64,000 nucleotides of DNA from Podarcis bocagei (lineage: Eukaryota). Positions 12,201-26,594 of this stretch are shown here, piece after piece (position 1 is the stretch's first letter; every line of letters starts with the position of its first letter). The position numbers and the translations under genes were made by a program. The stretch lies in NCBI GenBank assembly GCA_964188305.1, contig OZ076901.1, one strand, 5' to 3'. The notes beneath the pieces are model-generated. The model was not told the origin of the DNA. It ran no database searches and saw nothing but the letters and a program-made list of their open reading frames with translations.

Positions 12201-15200
12201 CCTTCCTTAATGCACAGCCTTTGCCTAGATGGAGGAAGAGGAGGAGGAGAGGGAGTTTCCTCCAAGGAAAAAAGAAGCCTACTGGAATGTCTACACAAGA
12301 GCAGTCTGTGCCCATGGTTTGATTTTTAAGTCTGGAACCGGAACAGCCAGGAGGCAGTGACTGTAGACGAAGGTGGTGTGTCAGCCATGTGTGGGGGTGT
12401 GGGTCAAGGAAGTAGACAAGTTGAAAACTCGGGGGGGGGGGAGTCTTTAGAAACACAGGAACTGGGAAAAGAAAAACCATAGCCAGGGCAAAGGAAAGCA
12501 AATTGTTAGGTTGGGAATAGAATAGTCCGCAGAATTGTCTGGAGAATGGTCTGACCTGACCTGAGACAGGCTGCATAATATCTTGATTTATTATTTTGTT
12601 TATTGTATTTCTATCACACTTTTTTCTCCAAGGAGCTCAAGGTGGTTCTCCCCCTCTTCATTTAAACCCCACAACCAGCCTGCGAGGTAGGTTAGGCTGA
12701 AAGTGAGGGACTGGCTCCTAGTGTCACACCCACTGAGCTTAATGACTGAGTGTGTGTGTGTCCCATGTTCCAGTTTTAGGAAGAGCCCTGTGCCGTTCTG
12801 CACTGATGAAGACTCGTCATATGAAGGTACTGCCTGCAAGCAAACCAGCCACTTTCCCCCCTCCCTTGTGGTTGTGCGATAAACTCATCCTCTACTACGG
12901 GAGAGGCTTCCCTTGCCTGTGGGTGGGGGGCCCAGGGAGTGAGCATAGATCTGTGTCTTGGGAAATCAGGACAGAGTTGAAGGTGCATGGTTTTGACAGG
13001 TAATAAATTGGTCTGACTTAAGAGCTCCTCTGTCAGCCTGGATTCTCTGGGGGTGGGGTTGAAGGGAGGGAGCAGGTGCTGTCGTAATGCTTTCTGAGGG
13101 GGTCTTGAAGGACCACATGCTCTCCACCTTCGAGGTGCAGATGTGGTGTGTGTGTGTGTTTCTCCCCCAGGTCCAGCTCAGCAGCTTGGAATGTTTCTGG
13201 TCCTGATTTAAATAAAATAAAAAATTATCCTCTCTGCTTTCTAAAACAGGAAATGATATACATATTTTGGGCCATTTCTTTGGAACCAATTCCCCCTATG
13301 TTTTTTCCTCCTTGCACTAAGGAAATATGCCCCCCCCCCCCGTGTGTGTGGAGATGAATAGTTCAGGTTTTCTGGCCTCCTGGATTTAAAACTCTGGTGA
13401 GAGGAGAGGTTACTGTGGAATGAAGGCATTGGCTCTCCGCCTTAGTCTGTCCTTCTGGGGTGGGAGGGTGTGTGCGCGCCATTATTTGAAGGCCCACAAT
13501 CCATTTGTAGGGGGGAAAGGTAAAAATGGTACTGGATCATCGCTACCGTCTGTGATTCTATGAAGACTAGAAACATTTACCCATAAATTAAATGCAGGCA
13601 GTTGTGAAGCAAAGGCAGGAACAAAAGGGAAAGGCAAAGCAACCGCTGTAATTGTACAGTAGGGAAAGTGCAGAGATGCCTCCTCCTGGCTTTTCAGGTT
13701 TGCAGGAAAGCAAAGCAGGGCATTAGGACTTCCATTGCTTTTTCAGTCATAGGCGCTGTGTCTCGGCAGCCACGCAGGGCCCTGAAAGGCACATCTTCAC
13801 TGAGCAGACTTTTTTACATTTTCCTGTCCTTAGGAATGCTACCCCTACTGATTTGTCTAGCAAAAGGAGGGAGAATCATAGCTCAGTTGTAGAAAGCACA
13901 TGTGTTGCATACAGATGGTTCAGTCACCAGGTAGCAGGTGATGGGGAAGATCGCTGCCTGCCTGAGAGCATGGTAGAAAATATTGAGCTGGATAGATAAA
14001 GTGGGTGACCTGGTGAATATAGGCCACCCCCTATATTCCTATGCCAACAAGCCCTTGTGGGTCTCTTGAGAATCCCTGGACACCGCAGAAGACGGTTGGA
14101 CACGGTGCATGGTCAATTCATATGGGACTATAGGCTTGGGGTGTCAAGAATTCTGATGGAAACAGGAATAAAAAATGCGCATGTTCACTTATTTGTCCCA
14201 TTGGCAGAATGGAAACCAGTCTGCCAAATGTGATTGATATTCATTGTTCTGGTTCAATGATATGTAATCGGTTATGTCCCCCCCCCCCCCAATTCGCATT
14301 GCATTTCCTTTGCTTTGAAATGAATGGTGCGGAATAATGTGAAAAGAATAACATTTTTTGGCGGAGGATGAACTATGGTGGAATGGAAGCAGTGCTGTGT
14401 GCGTCAAGTACAAGAACAGAAAGCGGTTCCTTCTCACATCCCTGCTTTAGGCCGCTGTCTTATTCTGCTTGGACTTGCATCACATCACATATCACACCCA
14501 ACTCTTATTTTGCAGGCTGTTTTTCAGGGATGTTTGCCTGCCGTTACTGATCTTCTCATTGATAAACTTCTGAGAAATCCTATGGTTCCCCAGAATACAG
14601 CTGGAACACCGCTGTGTTCTGCTTCAGTGTTTTCCCTTATCTCTCTGTAAGCTTAAGTTCTAGCTATTCCCTCTTCCCCACCCAAAAAGAAGGTGGTGGG
14701 CCCTCAAGAGCTATGGACCGAGGAGAAGGAAAGAAGGATTCCGGCTCACCTCTTGGGCTTTTGTTTGTAGCAAATGCTTTCTATGCATTTGGAATTGGAG
14801 CTGATGAATTTCAGCAGATGGGGAATTTGTAGCAATGGTAATTGCAGCGGATTTGTTTACTCTTGCAGCACACATTGGCTGCTTAACCTTTGTACCTCAG
14901 AGATGACTGTGGTCTGCTGGTTTTGGGTGAAACACAGTTCATGCAAGATAACACAGTGGCTGTGTGGCTCTGCTATGCAAGGGGGAGGGAGCAGAATTGT
15001 CTATTTTTTTCATCTCCTTGAAGGCTGAGGGTGGGTGTCAGTTTAAAAGGGATCAGAAAAACAAAGGAAACTGCCTTATACCAATTCATTATAAGGCCAT
15101 CTATTGGTATTGGTCCACTATCATTGTCTACTCTGACTGGCAGTGTCTCTTCATAGGTTCTTCCCATCACCTGGCAAAGGTTGTAGCCCAGTGGTATGCA

Positions 15201-16620
15201 GCATGTGCTTTTTATGCAAGAGGTCCAGGTTCAATCCCCAGTGGCATCTCCAAATAGGACTGGGGAAGATTCCTATCCTGAAAACCTGGAGAACCATTGC
15301 TGCTACCGTAGTCAGCGTCGACAGTACTGAGCTAAATGAACCGATGACCTGACAGCTTCGTATGTTTGCATGCTACCTGATTGTTCCCAAGATTAAAACT
15401 GGGACCTTCTGCATACAAAGCAAGTGGCTTGTCACTGAGATATGCATCCAGTTTTGTAGACTGAATTCTACAAAGCATAGCAATGGCTAAACATTTGTCA
15501 GCCAAAATATACAGTACAACCAATTCTGCCTCCTGTACCTTAACAACAACAACAACATTTTATTATTTGTACCCTGCCCATCTGACTGGGTTGCCCCAGC
15601 CACTCTGAGAGGCTTCCAACATATACCAAAACATAATAAAACATTAAACATTAAAAACTTCCCTAAGCAGGTCTGACTTCAGATGTCCTCTAAAGGTACT
15701 ATAGTTACTTATCTCATTGACATCTGATGGGACGGCTTTCCACAGGGTGGGTGCCGCCACCGAGAAGGTCCTCTGCCCAGTTCCTTGTAACTTCAGTGTC
15801 TGGGCTGAACGATGCGGGTGGAGATACTCCTTCAGGTATACAGGGCCTGGGCCATTCCTTAATGGGTTTAAAGGTCATCACCAACACTTAGAATTGTGCT
15901 TGGAAATGTACTGGGAGCCATTGTAGGTCTTTCAGGACTGGTGTTATATGGTCTTGGCAGCTGCTCCCATAACCACTTTCTACATCTAGTCTCTGCAGTG
16001 CGTGAATAGGAGCAGTTAACTGATCAGTCTTTTTATTGCTGTTGGAAACACCAAACAAACAGTGTTTCAAAATGTGATAAAACATGACAATAAAGGGAGA
16101 AAGAAAGTTGTTGTGCATTATTTTTACATAAAAACATAGAAATAAAATACACAGAAAAATATAACCTTAACCATTGACACCACCTTGGTGGGCATAAAAA
16201 TATTTCCAAAGAGTCTACAAAAATCATACCTGCAGACTCTGCACACAGAGAGCAGTATTTGAAATAATTGCTGTTATCAGGGGTTACATAACGTAGATTT
16301 CAGTTTAAACCTGTGAAAACCATTTGCTTGCTCAGAGATAAATTTTATGTGGTTGATTTTAGAGTGGGTAACAAACAAATAACGGGGAAGGTTTTCCTCC
16401 ACTTTCAGACCACATACAAAGTCTGTCTTGGGGGAATTTAAAAATAATGGTAGTTTGCTACACTGTTCTTTGGATTCCTGCAGATTGAGCTTCTGGATCA
16501 ATCTTTGAGGCAACCCAATTTCTACACAGCGCTGGGGCAAACCTGGACTAATATGACTCATTGATTTCACTAGGAATAGTCCACCAAACCAAATATGTAT
16601 TTGCACTATATGGTCTAGAA

Positions 16621-17112
16621 CAGGGGTCTGCAACCCGCGGCTCCGGAGCCGCATGTGGCTCTTTTACACCTTTGCTGCGGCTCCGGGACGGATACTAGCG
16701 AGGGGAGGAGGTGCATTGTGCGCCCCGACACTCCCCACTGTGGCGGGCGCTGTACTGGCTGTGACATCGCATGGGGGTGGTGCGTGCGTTAGTCACGCAC
16801 CGTCCCAACGTCACCTTCCCGCCCGCCCGCTACATTGTAAGGGGCATGTACACTGGTCACTGCATTGAAATGCAGTATGTACGCTGGTCACTGTTTTGAA
16901 GGGGAGTGAAGAACACACACACACACAAAGATAACTTGTTAATTTAACATTTATTTCTATGAGGAGGAGTAATTCTGAGGGGTCAAACAAAGAAATAATA
17001 AAAAAGTGACAAAAAATTATTTTTATAATGACGAGTTTTGCGGCTCCCAGTTTTTTTTTCTTCGGAAACGGGTCCAAGTGGCTGTTTTTGTCTTAAAGGT
17101 TGCAGACCCCTG
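16621..17112. mobile_element. Non-autonomous hAT element
   Basis: TIRs CAGGGGTCTGCAACC / GGTTGCAGACCCCTG; perfect 8-bp TSD GTCTAGAA. Confidence 0.92.
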
Positions 17113-20100
17113 GTCTAGAAACTTGCTTTGAAAATAAAAGAAAACTAAATTCTGTGCCCCGTATTGCACACTGTGGGTTTTCTGTGTTCCCGTGGAACTT
17201 CAGTATACACTGTCTCTGAGTACAGTTCAAGTAGGCTGCTCCTAGGCTAGGGGTGAGCAAAATAGTCCACTGGCTAAGGGCCACCTTGTGGCTGTTTGTG
17301 TGGCTTCCCAGATCCACCCAGCTGGCTGCTGTGGCAGACTAGAACACTGGATTAAATGGACTTTAGTCTGATCCAGCAAATACTTTGAGCAAGAATGCAT
17401 GCTTAACCCAGGTTAGTTGGTTGCTGTTGTGCTATCAGTGTGTCTATCCCTTAATACAAGAGGAGAGGTCCCTGCCCTGAGGAGCTTGCAATCCAACATT
17501 CAACGTAGGGATACAACAGAGGTAAACAAGGCAAGGATATGTGTTGTGCTAGTCATATGTACTTGGTAACTGGCTTAAATGTCAAGGGGTACCTAGTTTG
17601 TAGATTTGAGAGGTATTGGTGGATAACGGGACCCAAGTAACACTCCACTGCTGACACACACATAGCACCGCAAGTCTTTCAGGCAGCCTGCCTTAGTTCT
17701 AGGGTGCTGGACCTGTCCTAGGCTGTGGAAGTTTGTGCTTGGGGATGAGTTTTGTTGCAAGGGATTTGCAAAGGCAGGAAACTGCCTCTGGGCTCAGACT
17801 GAAAATCTCTCTCTCTGCAGACTCTCAAGAGGAGGAATGAGTGGAATCTGCTGGCAGAGTGCAAAACCCTCCAGCTGCCAACAAGCCAGATGTTTGCAGG
17901 GGGGCTGCGTGGAAGGAACCAGATTCCTGAGGCTCAGCATGGCAGTTGAGGGGGCTGCGATTGCTCTCCAGACGCTGCTTTCTCCAGCCTCCCTTTGACA
18001 ATCAGTCCGGTCCACCCCCTTGTAGGCATGCTTTTGCTGTGAACCTTTCTTTAAGCAAAACATGAAATCTTTGGGGCTTGCAGGAGGCAGATGTGTGGGT
18101 CAGAGCAAGGGTGTCCCTGGGGTTTAGGGGCAAGTCTGTAGGGATCTGGCCAGACAGAGCCTAGGAGCAGCAAAGAGCTCCCTGGCTGTGCTGTACTGGC
18201 TGTGCTGCTGTTATCTACTGACACTGTTCGATACGGGAATCCTGTAGCTCAATAGTAGAGCACGTACTTTTGCACCCCAGGAGATCTTGGGTTGGCACAG
18301 AGACCCTTCTCTGCCTGAAAGCTTGGAGGGTCTCTGCTAGTCAGCAGGCTGGCTGTCTCACTGGCAGGAAGCTTATGTTCATGGGCTCCCCTAAAGGCTG
18401 GTCCTGTTATTTCCATGCCTCTCTGCTTCCCAGCCGATGCCTTGTCTACTTCTTGACATCATTAACTGTGCCCACACTGTACATTTAAATCACAGAACTT
18501 TCCCCCAAAGAATCCTGGGAACTGCCGCTTAGCTGCACATAAGAGCTACAATTCCCAGCACCTTTAACAAACTACAGTTCCCCGGCTTCTTTGGGTGGTG
18601 CCATGTGCTTTAAATTGTTTGGTATGTAGGTAGCCTTAACCTCTTACTGCCCCTCGCCCCTGCCTGCTGCTAGGATGCAATAAGGGAGGGACATGATGAT
18701 TGTGAATGAGTGTGTTTGTGGGTGTTGCTGTTGTGTGCTTCCTACTGGAACACACTGCTTCTCACTTGACCAAAACTTGCTCTGTGAGGGATAAGCTACA
18801 GACCACAAGGTTGCTTTGAGGGAAGCCATGTACTTTCAGTGCGGACATGCCGCAGTAGTGTGGTAACACTGGGGAAGTGTTGCAGAAGAACTAAGAAAGC
18901 AAAATGGCTTGAGGTTGATCCAGTATAAATCCACCACTAACACACTATTGTTGTGTCAATGACACCTTGTAGAAAACACCTGTAAAAAACCCCCGATATG
19001 GAGGGTCCTCCTGTCTGTCTCTGCAGCAATGGGAAATTAGGCCAAGCTCCCTCATTGAAGGATAGGAAGGTTCTTTTGCACATGGCTTTGTTCCTAGTAG
19101 ATAAGATAGTTTCTCATACACACAACTTCATGTTGATATACAGTAGTAAAATTAAGAGAATTAAGAAATAAAAATGAGGAATAGAACAGTAATATTAGGG
19201 GGGAAAGAGGGGAAAGAGCAGAAATTTGACAGAAATTTAAATTAATATGAATAAATTACAAGAAAATATATTGTCCGCTACTCTTATTGTTCCAGAATTG
19301 TATAGACATGCACCACCTTTCTGTAAATTTGTTTTGGGGGGTCTTCTACTTAATATATGCTTTATCTGTGATTCAGTTTCAAAACCTGTTTTGGCCAGAC
19401 TTCGCAGCGAGAAGTGGAACCTTTTTCGGGCTGCTTTCAATGATCTTGAAAATGGCTATTCCCAGTAGTTTAAAGCTTTTACATGTCCTGTATATGGTGT
19501 GGATGTGACCTTGGGCAGAGTGCTCTTTTTCTCAGAAGCAGCTCCTGGCAGTGAATATAGTCTATTTACTGTTTTTCCTTGTCTTGGAGAGGGTGGGTGG
19601 GCGAGTGGTGCAAAAGGAGAGGAGCAATAGCAATTTGACCTCCACCTCAGTGGCCGTATGTGTACAGTAGCACAGAAGCAAAAGTGTTCCTCTGATGAAT
19701 TTGAGGGGAGGGCGGGCTGCTTTGGCTGCATGGAGGGGCGAGTGGTGTGCCACTTCTGGCGTTGGAAAGGGGCTTTCATCCCATTTCCCTGGCAGATGCT
19801 GTCCTTACAAATCACCTTCTGGGGAATTAGATTGTCTGGGCTGTTTTTTCTTTCAGTAGCAAGTACATGGCAGGCAAGTGCCATCTGCCTGATGTGCTCC
19901 CTGATGCGAGAACTGTCTAAATTTTCCATTATGTGTGGTTGTTGTGACTGTGTGTGAGTGGGGGTTGGGAGATTGATCCTGCCTCAACTGACCTTGCCTC
20001 TTTCTCTCTCTCAAAAATCAACTGAGCTGTTTTTCTATTGAGCTCTTGGTCCCCCGCGGCTCTCTAAACACACAGGAAAGTGGCTGCAGTTGTAAGAACT

Positions 20101-22067
20101 GCAGTTCAGAGCGGCAGATCTGAGCATGCTGTGCAGTCTGGAAGACTCAGGGCATGCTGGGAGATGTAGTCCGCCCTCATCTCCACCTTCTGTTTTATAG
20201 CCACACCTGCTCCTCTTGAAGCAAGCAGGTAAGACAAGGAAAGAGTGGCTGCCAGGTGACAAAATCATTGCTTGTGGTAATTGACCACATAATGAGCTCT
20301 CCCTAAGGTCCTTGCATCTGTTTCCACACACAGCTAATTATTATTGTCTGCATGTTCTGGAGGTGCTTTGAGCATGGGATCTTTGCACTCCTGTTACCTA
20401 GAAGGAGGATGAAGCTACCTGAAGGTGGTGATGAATGTTGAAAAGTTCTCAGAAGGGGGATTGTTTCTGTGACTGTTTCCACTGTGCAAGATCAAGAAGG
20501 TCTCATCTTTATGGGCGGGCTGGAATAGTGCTCTTTCTCACTGACCCGGCAGCTTGCTCATTTGAGCTTCTTTGCTGGACAGATGGTTCTTTGCAGGCAG
20601 CGCCTGGTGCTGTTTCAAGGCTGCCTCCAGGTCTCCTTTCTTGGCTGGTGATACAAGCTTCTCCTCCTTCGCAAAGGCAGATTACTCCTCTCCTTTGCAG
20701 GATACGAGGAGGGGTTTTTTGGCAGAAAAATTGCTAATGTATCCAGCACAGTAGCTGCTGTGGCCTGCAGTCCAAGGAGCTTGTGCTGGTTCTGCCAGAA
20801 ACCTATCAGGCTTGGGGGGGGGGGGACACACTAAGCAACCTCAGTCCCCCCTCCAAACTTTTGCTTTAGGCATCTCCTGGTCACATCCACTTCTGGTTGC
20901 TTGAGTGAAGTTGTTCAATTTTCAAACATTTATTTCTTGGATATTTCTACTCTTGGTGGCTGTGGGCTGGGGTTTTTTTTAGCTGCCTGTTCCCAGTCAA
21001 AGGGGCCCACTGAAGAGGGGGAGAGACCAGGAGGCCAACAGGTCTCCACTGGGAGGGTGTTCCATAATTTTGGAGCCACTACCAAGAAGGCTTTGCCCCT
21101 CATGTCGTCCTGCCTGATCCCACGTAGGTTTGGGAAAGGAAGACCAAAGGAGACTGATCTTACATCGGCCTGCCAGGCTTTTGAGATTCCAGTTCTTATT
21201 GTTGCTGCTACCTCTGTCTGTGGTTACACATAATTTACCCCTTGGGTTCCCTGGCGTGGAGCTAAACTTACGGTAATTTGTGCCAGGGCTGGAGCCTGCT
21301 GGCCATCCTTTGAGTGCTGGGAATTGTAGCTCCACAAGGGGTAAACCACAGTTCCCAGGAATATGTGTGTGTGTGTGTGTTTTCTTCAAATGTGCTTTAA
21401 ATGTATGGAACGTATGACGCCTAAGATTGCCTTTCCCGAATATCTTTCTCCCTGTGGTGTCAGCCCTTGGCATTTGGCCTGGGTGGAGCAGAGCGGATCT
21501 GTCTCCTCTTCTCTGACTCCAGTCCACTCCCCAGAGGCTCCTCAAAGAGCCTGTGTTGGTGGAGTGAATCCGCAGCAGGAGAGCAGGAAGCAGGAGGCTG
21601 TCCTCTTCTTGGATCCAGCTGTGTACCATTTCCTCTATAGATCAACAATTTTAGGCTGGAATGTGAGACAAACAGGAAAGTTTGGTTATGATGATGAGTC
21701 CCTGGGCTTCTGGCTTTGGGGAGACACTCTGGAGCCAGACATGTTCTTAGTATCTGATGATTAGTTCTTCCCTGCCCCCCCAACCCCCCCATCTCCTTTC
21801 CAGGGAACAGGGCTTTGGAAGTGCTTGTGCTCAGGATGACAATGTCAAGATGTGCTTCAACTGGAAGGAGTGGAGGGTCACAGGAAGCCAAGAAAAAGGC
21901 TGTGTCAGAAATAGGTTACGTCAGAGCTGGATTCCTTGGGGGCAATGGGAACTTGGAGTGGCCAGTTTTCAGTGGAGCTGAGCTCCCCTGCAGTTCAGCA
22001 TCATAACTTAAGTACCCCCACCTCTTTCCCCCTCTTCATTCTCCTCCTGACATCCCTTTGTGGCCTA

Positions 22068-22430
22068 TTTGTGGTGCCTGGAGGAGTGTCTCCACCCCCA
22101 TCGTTCTACCCGGACACTGAGGTCCAGCACCGAGGGCCTTCTGGCAGTTCCCTCATCGCGAGAAGCCAAGTTACAGGGAACCAGGCAGAGGGCCTTCTCG
22201 GTAGTGGCGCCTTCCCTGTGGAACACCCTCCCACCAGATGTCAAAGAGAACAACAACTACCAGGCTTTTAGAAGACATCTGAAGGCAGCCCTGTTTTGGG
22301 AAGCTTTTAATGTTTGATGTACTATAGTATTTTAATATTCTTTTGGAAGCTGCCCAGAGTGGCTGGGGAAGCCCAGCCAGATGGGCGGGGTATAAATAAT
22401 AAATTATTATTATTAGTATTATTATTATTT
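22068..22430 (+). mobile_element. L2-like LINE 3' fragment with (AAT)n tail (related pieces on - strand near 5017-5100, 15555-15965, 47530-47770)
   Basis: RTLRSS...RAFSVVAPSLWNTLP...FRRHLKAALF motif followed by a shared 3' end and TAA repeats. Confidence 0.8.
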
Positions 22431-25400
22431 AAAAGGAAGCTTTCTTTAACCATACTTGTATCTTGCCCTTCCTCCCAGTAGCAGAGGTTGGTACATCCAG
22501 GGCCACCTTGTTCCATCCCCATCACAACTCTTTGGAAGTTGTCTTATGCTGTCTGGCCATTGGTCGACCCAGCTCAGTATTGTCTACACTGACTGGCAGT
22601 GGCTCTCCAGGTTTTCAGAGAAGTCTCTCCCAGGCCTGCCTGGAGACGCCGTTGGGGTTGGAGCCTGGGACCTACTGCATGCAGAGCAGATACCACTGAG
22701 CTATGATAGTTTCCCCCATTGTTTTTGAGTGAGAAGCTTGTTCAATTCTACCAAGTAAACTTCATGGCTAAGCAAGGATTTGAATCCCGAGCTCCTCCTC
22801 TGAATGCAACTCACTTGCCTGCTACATCGCACTGGGTTAATGAAGTCGTCTGGATTCATGACCAAAACCTGTTTCTCTGCTTCTAAGAGCCAACCTGCAA
22901 AAGCAGGCTCACTGACTCACTGATTGTGTTTGGAAAATCGTATCTCCATGGATTTGCATCTTGCCTTGTTCCCAAAATGTTAACCATCATTTCCTGGTTT
23001 GGACAAAACATGCAACTGTAGTTAACAAAAGGATTTCTGGAGCAAATAGGCTATGTGCGCAGCCAAAAGGCTTGTTCCTGTTTGAGCTTATTAATGTTGC
23101 CTGTGATTGGATTGAATAGGCAGGTCCTTTTGGTTGTAAAGGAAGAATGGGGACACGTGTGGCTCCTCAGATGTCTTTAAGAGAAGATTGGACAATTTCA
23201 TTGAGTGAGGCTTCAGCGGCTACTAGCCAAGGTGGCTACGCTCTGCCTCCATGGTTCTGAATGTATGCTTCTGAACACCAGTTTCTGGAAACATCAGGAG
23301 GGGAGAGTTGTTGTTGCACTTGGACCCTGCTTGCAGACTTCCCATTGGGCTTCTGGTTGGCCATTTTGAAAATGGGACGAAATGGGCCTATGGCCTGATC
23401 CAGCAGGGCTCTTCTTATGTTCCTAGAGGTTGCTGGACTATGACTCTCATCATCCCAGACAACTGGTCATTCTGAAGCTGATTGGAGTTGGATTCCAGCA
23501 ACTCCTGGGGTGTGATGCACCCACTATCCCTGTTGTACAGTGAGGAACGGATGACTCTTTGCTCTTGCAACTTCCTGTGATTCCCCAGAAAGCTGCATTT
23601 ATGGCTTCTACACTGTTTTTTTGAACCCTTAACCCACAAGATGTACCAGACTCCTTTTGCCTGTTCAAATGTTTCTGTTTAAGATTCCTCTTCTCTTTCT
23701 GTCTCCACAAGGTGGCAGCAGCATATAGCAAGTTTTTTCCTGGTCTCATGTAAGTGAGAGATGAATTTGTTAAGCCACTTCTCCACATTCCGTGGGTGTG
23801 GTTGTGATGGTAATCTGTTTGCTTTTATTATGTATTTTGTGTTCTCGTTTTTGTATTTTTGTGTTGTGAACTGCACTGTGATCTTCAGATGAAGGGCAGT
23901 ATACACATTTAATAAATAAAAACAAGCAGGAATCGTAGACTTTGAAGGGATCCAGAGGGTCATCTAGTCCAACCCCTGCAATGCATGAATTACAGCTAAG
24001 AGGAGGGTTCCTAAAGCAGTGTTTGAAAGGGGGGGTGCAAGTACCTTGGTGGTACTTCAGCAGCCTGATTTGCCATCAGTTAGCCAGCTGCCTTCCCCTT
24101 AATGTAGGGCTTCCCTCAGTCAGTGAAGCAATGCTTCTCTATGCCCCTTTGCTTTCTAGCAGCTTTCCTAGCCTGATGTTATGCACTTAAGGGTGGCTCT
24201 GTCTCCCAGGCACTTTGTTTCTGCAGGTTCACAGAGCAGCACATCCTCTCTGGATGTGGATGCGAAACTGGGGCAGGGGTGTGGGGTGTGGGGAGGAAGG
24301 TGCTTTAGCTTGGCTTCGAGAAGACATGAGAGCAGCAAGCTGAACTGCTGAATGACTCTTTCTTCTCTCTTTCCCTCCTGCCCCCCTCAGCCCCTCTGCC
24401 CTGGCATCCTTCCTCGATTTCTGAGGGCCTATTTATAGCACGTTCTGTCAGCAGTTAGCACGCGCAGAGCTCTTGGAGTGGAGGGGTTCTCCCTGCCAAG
24501 AGTAATGTGACTTTATACAGGCCTCTTGTAGAGACGCGTGGGTGGGGGGCGGGCAGTGGCCACAATATGGGGCAGCCTGTCTAGTTATTGTCTGAAAGAA
24601 GAGAGGGAGAGGGAGTGCTAGCAAATGAAGTGAAAAAAGTCCCTATGGTTCAGCAGTTGACCAGGTGCCCCACATGGGAAGCTCAGAAACAGGGTGTGAA
24701 GGCAAAAGAGCCCCCCTTTGTTGTCTGTACTCAAAGCTGGACTGCCCCTGAATGTGGAGGTTACATTTAACTAGCCTGGTTAATATCCCCAGGAGAATTT
24801 GTTTTGTCTTTTTTTTAAACAACAACAACAGTTCATACAAGAAAGGCTTTAAGAGCATATAGCAGATCCTCCCCCCATTCATTTATAAGAACACCAGAAG
24901 AGCCTGGCTGCTGGATCAGACCATGTCTTCCAACATCCTTTTCTCCCAGTGGCCAGCCAGATGCCCCAATGGCAAGCAGGAAATGAGTGTAGCAGGAACG
25001 CTTCTCTCTTGTGATTCCCAGCAGCTGATATTAAGAGGCATTTACTGCCTCCTATACTGGAGGCAGAACATAGACTTTGTGGCTAGTAGCCATTGATAGC
25101 CTTATCCTCCAGTGTTGCTGCCTTCTACATATCCTCACTCGCCAAGTCAGGTTCATGGAGGACAAAACTTACCTGTGGCTACTAGCCATAATGCTTGGCT
25201 TCTATGTTCAGGATCAAGGGCTGCATTCCTCTGAATATCCGCCCCTGGGGACCACCCTTCCGGCCCTCATGTCCTGCTTGTGGCCACTATGGGAAGCAAG
25301 ATGGTGGAGTAGCTGGACCCCTGGTCTGATCTGACAGGGCTTTTCTTAACGTTCTTGAATCTCACCAAAGGAAATTCTTTTTGGCACCACTCTAAGCCTA

Positions 25401-26594
25401 ATCATAGAATTGTACAGCTGGAAGGGACCCTGAGGGTATTCTAGACATACCTTCTGCAATGCAGGAATCTCTGCTAAAGCATCCATGACGGGATGGTTCT
25501 GTTGAGCTTGGCTCGTATGTCTGCTCAACAGAACCTTCCTTGAGTGGGAAGTAGGAGCTCACAGGGCTCTCCCCCCCTGTTTCCCCCTGCCATATCCAGG
25601 CTATGCGACTTATGCATCAACATTGCCTTTTGACGCTCCTAGGGACTGCCATAGGGAAGACCATTGTGAGTCCACCTTTTTGGCGTGTGCCATGTCTTTC
25701 AAAACACGCCCCCCTTCCCTCCTCCCCAGTCAAGTGGGAGGAATCCCTTGATTTTGTTCCTATTTCTGGCTCTGCTGCGTTGGTTGCCATGGAAATGGCC
25801 GTGCGTAGCTTTGTAGCAGCACCTACTGTTCTATAAAAGTTTCAGCCAGCGTGTCACCTAGTCTAACCCCTTGCTTCAAGGCTGAATGTTGTGTGATTAA
25901 AACATCTTTGGCAGTCTCTTCCCTGGCTCTCTTTTCCCTCCCTCCTTGATGCATTGATGGTTCAAGCAGGGCTTGGAAATGGTTGTCTGGAGGCAAGTGG
26001 TGTGATTGTTGCCTCTCTGAATATTATGGTCTTCTTCAACCCACAGGGTGCAAACAAAAGGCTGTCTTTTCCCAACAACTACGTAGAATGTAAAGAAATG
26101 CTCATGATCAAGAGCCCCCACATGGTGGAAGGAAACATAACCACATGCATATGAAATATTGAGAATACAACTATATTGGGGTTGCTGAATGGAAGAGTAC
26201 TCCTAATTATTGCCCAGAGGCAAGTGGCATGGTAGTTCCCTCTCTGAATTTATTGGGTTCTCCTTCAATCTGCAGGGTGCAAACCAAGGGCTATTCCCCC
26301 CCCCCTTTTGCTATGTGTGGCTCTGTTTGCATCCCACTGAAAGGAAGCTTAACCCCATGCATATGAAATTTAGGGAATACTATAATATTGGGGTAGCTAA
26401 GCAGTGCAGGAGGAAGGATTTCATTCCTAAACATTTAGTTCAGAAATAATATCTGAAAAGTATGGATATGTGAATTACGTGTGTGTGTGCGTGTGTGTGC
26501 GCGCGCTATGAACTGAATGTACCAGTCAAAACTTGACTATCGTTTAGATTTCTCAATTTTCTGAATTTTGTGATGGAGTTTTCAGCTATGATAT

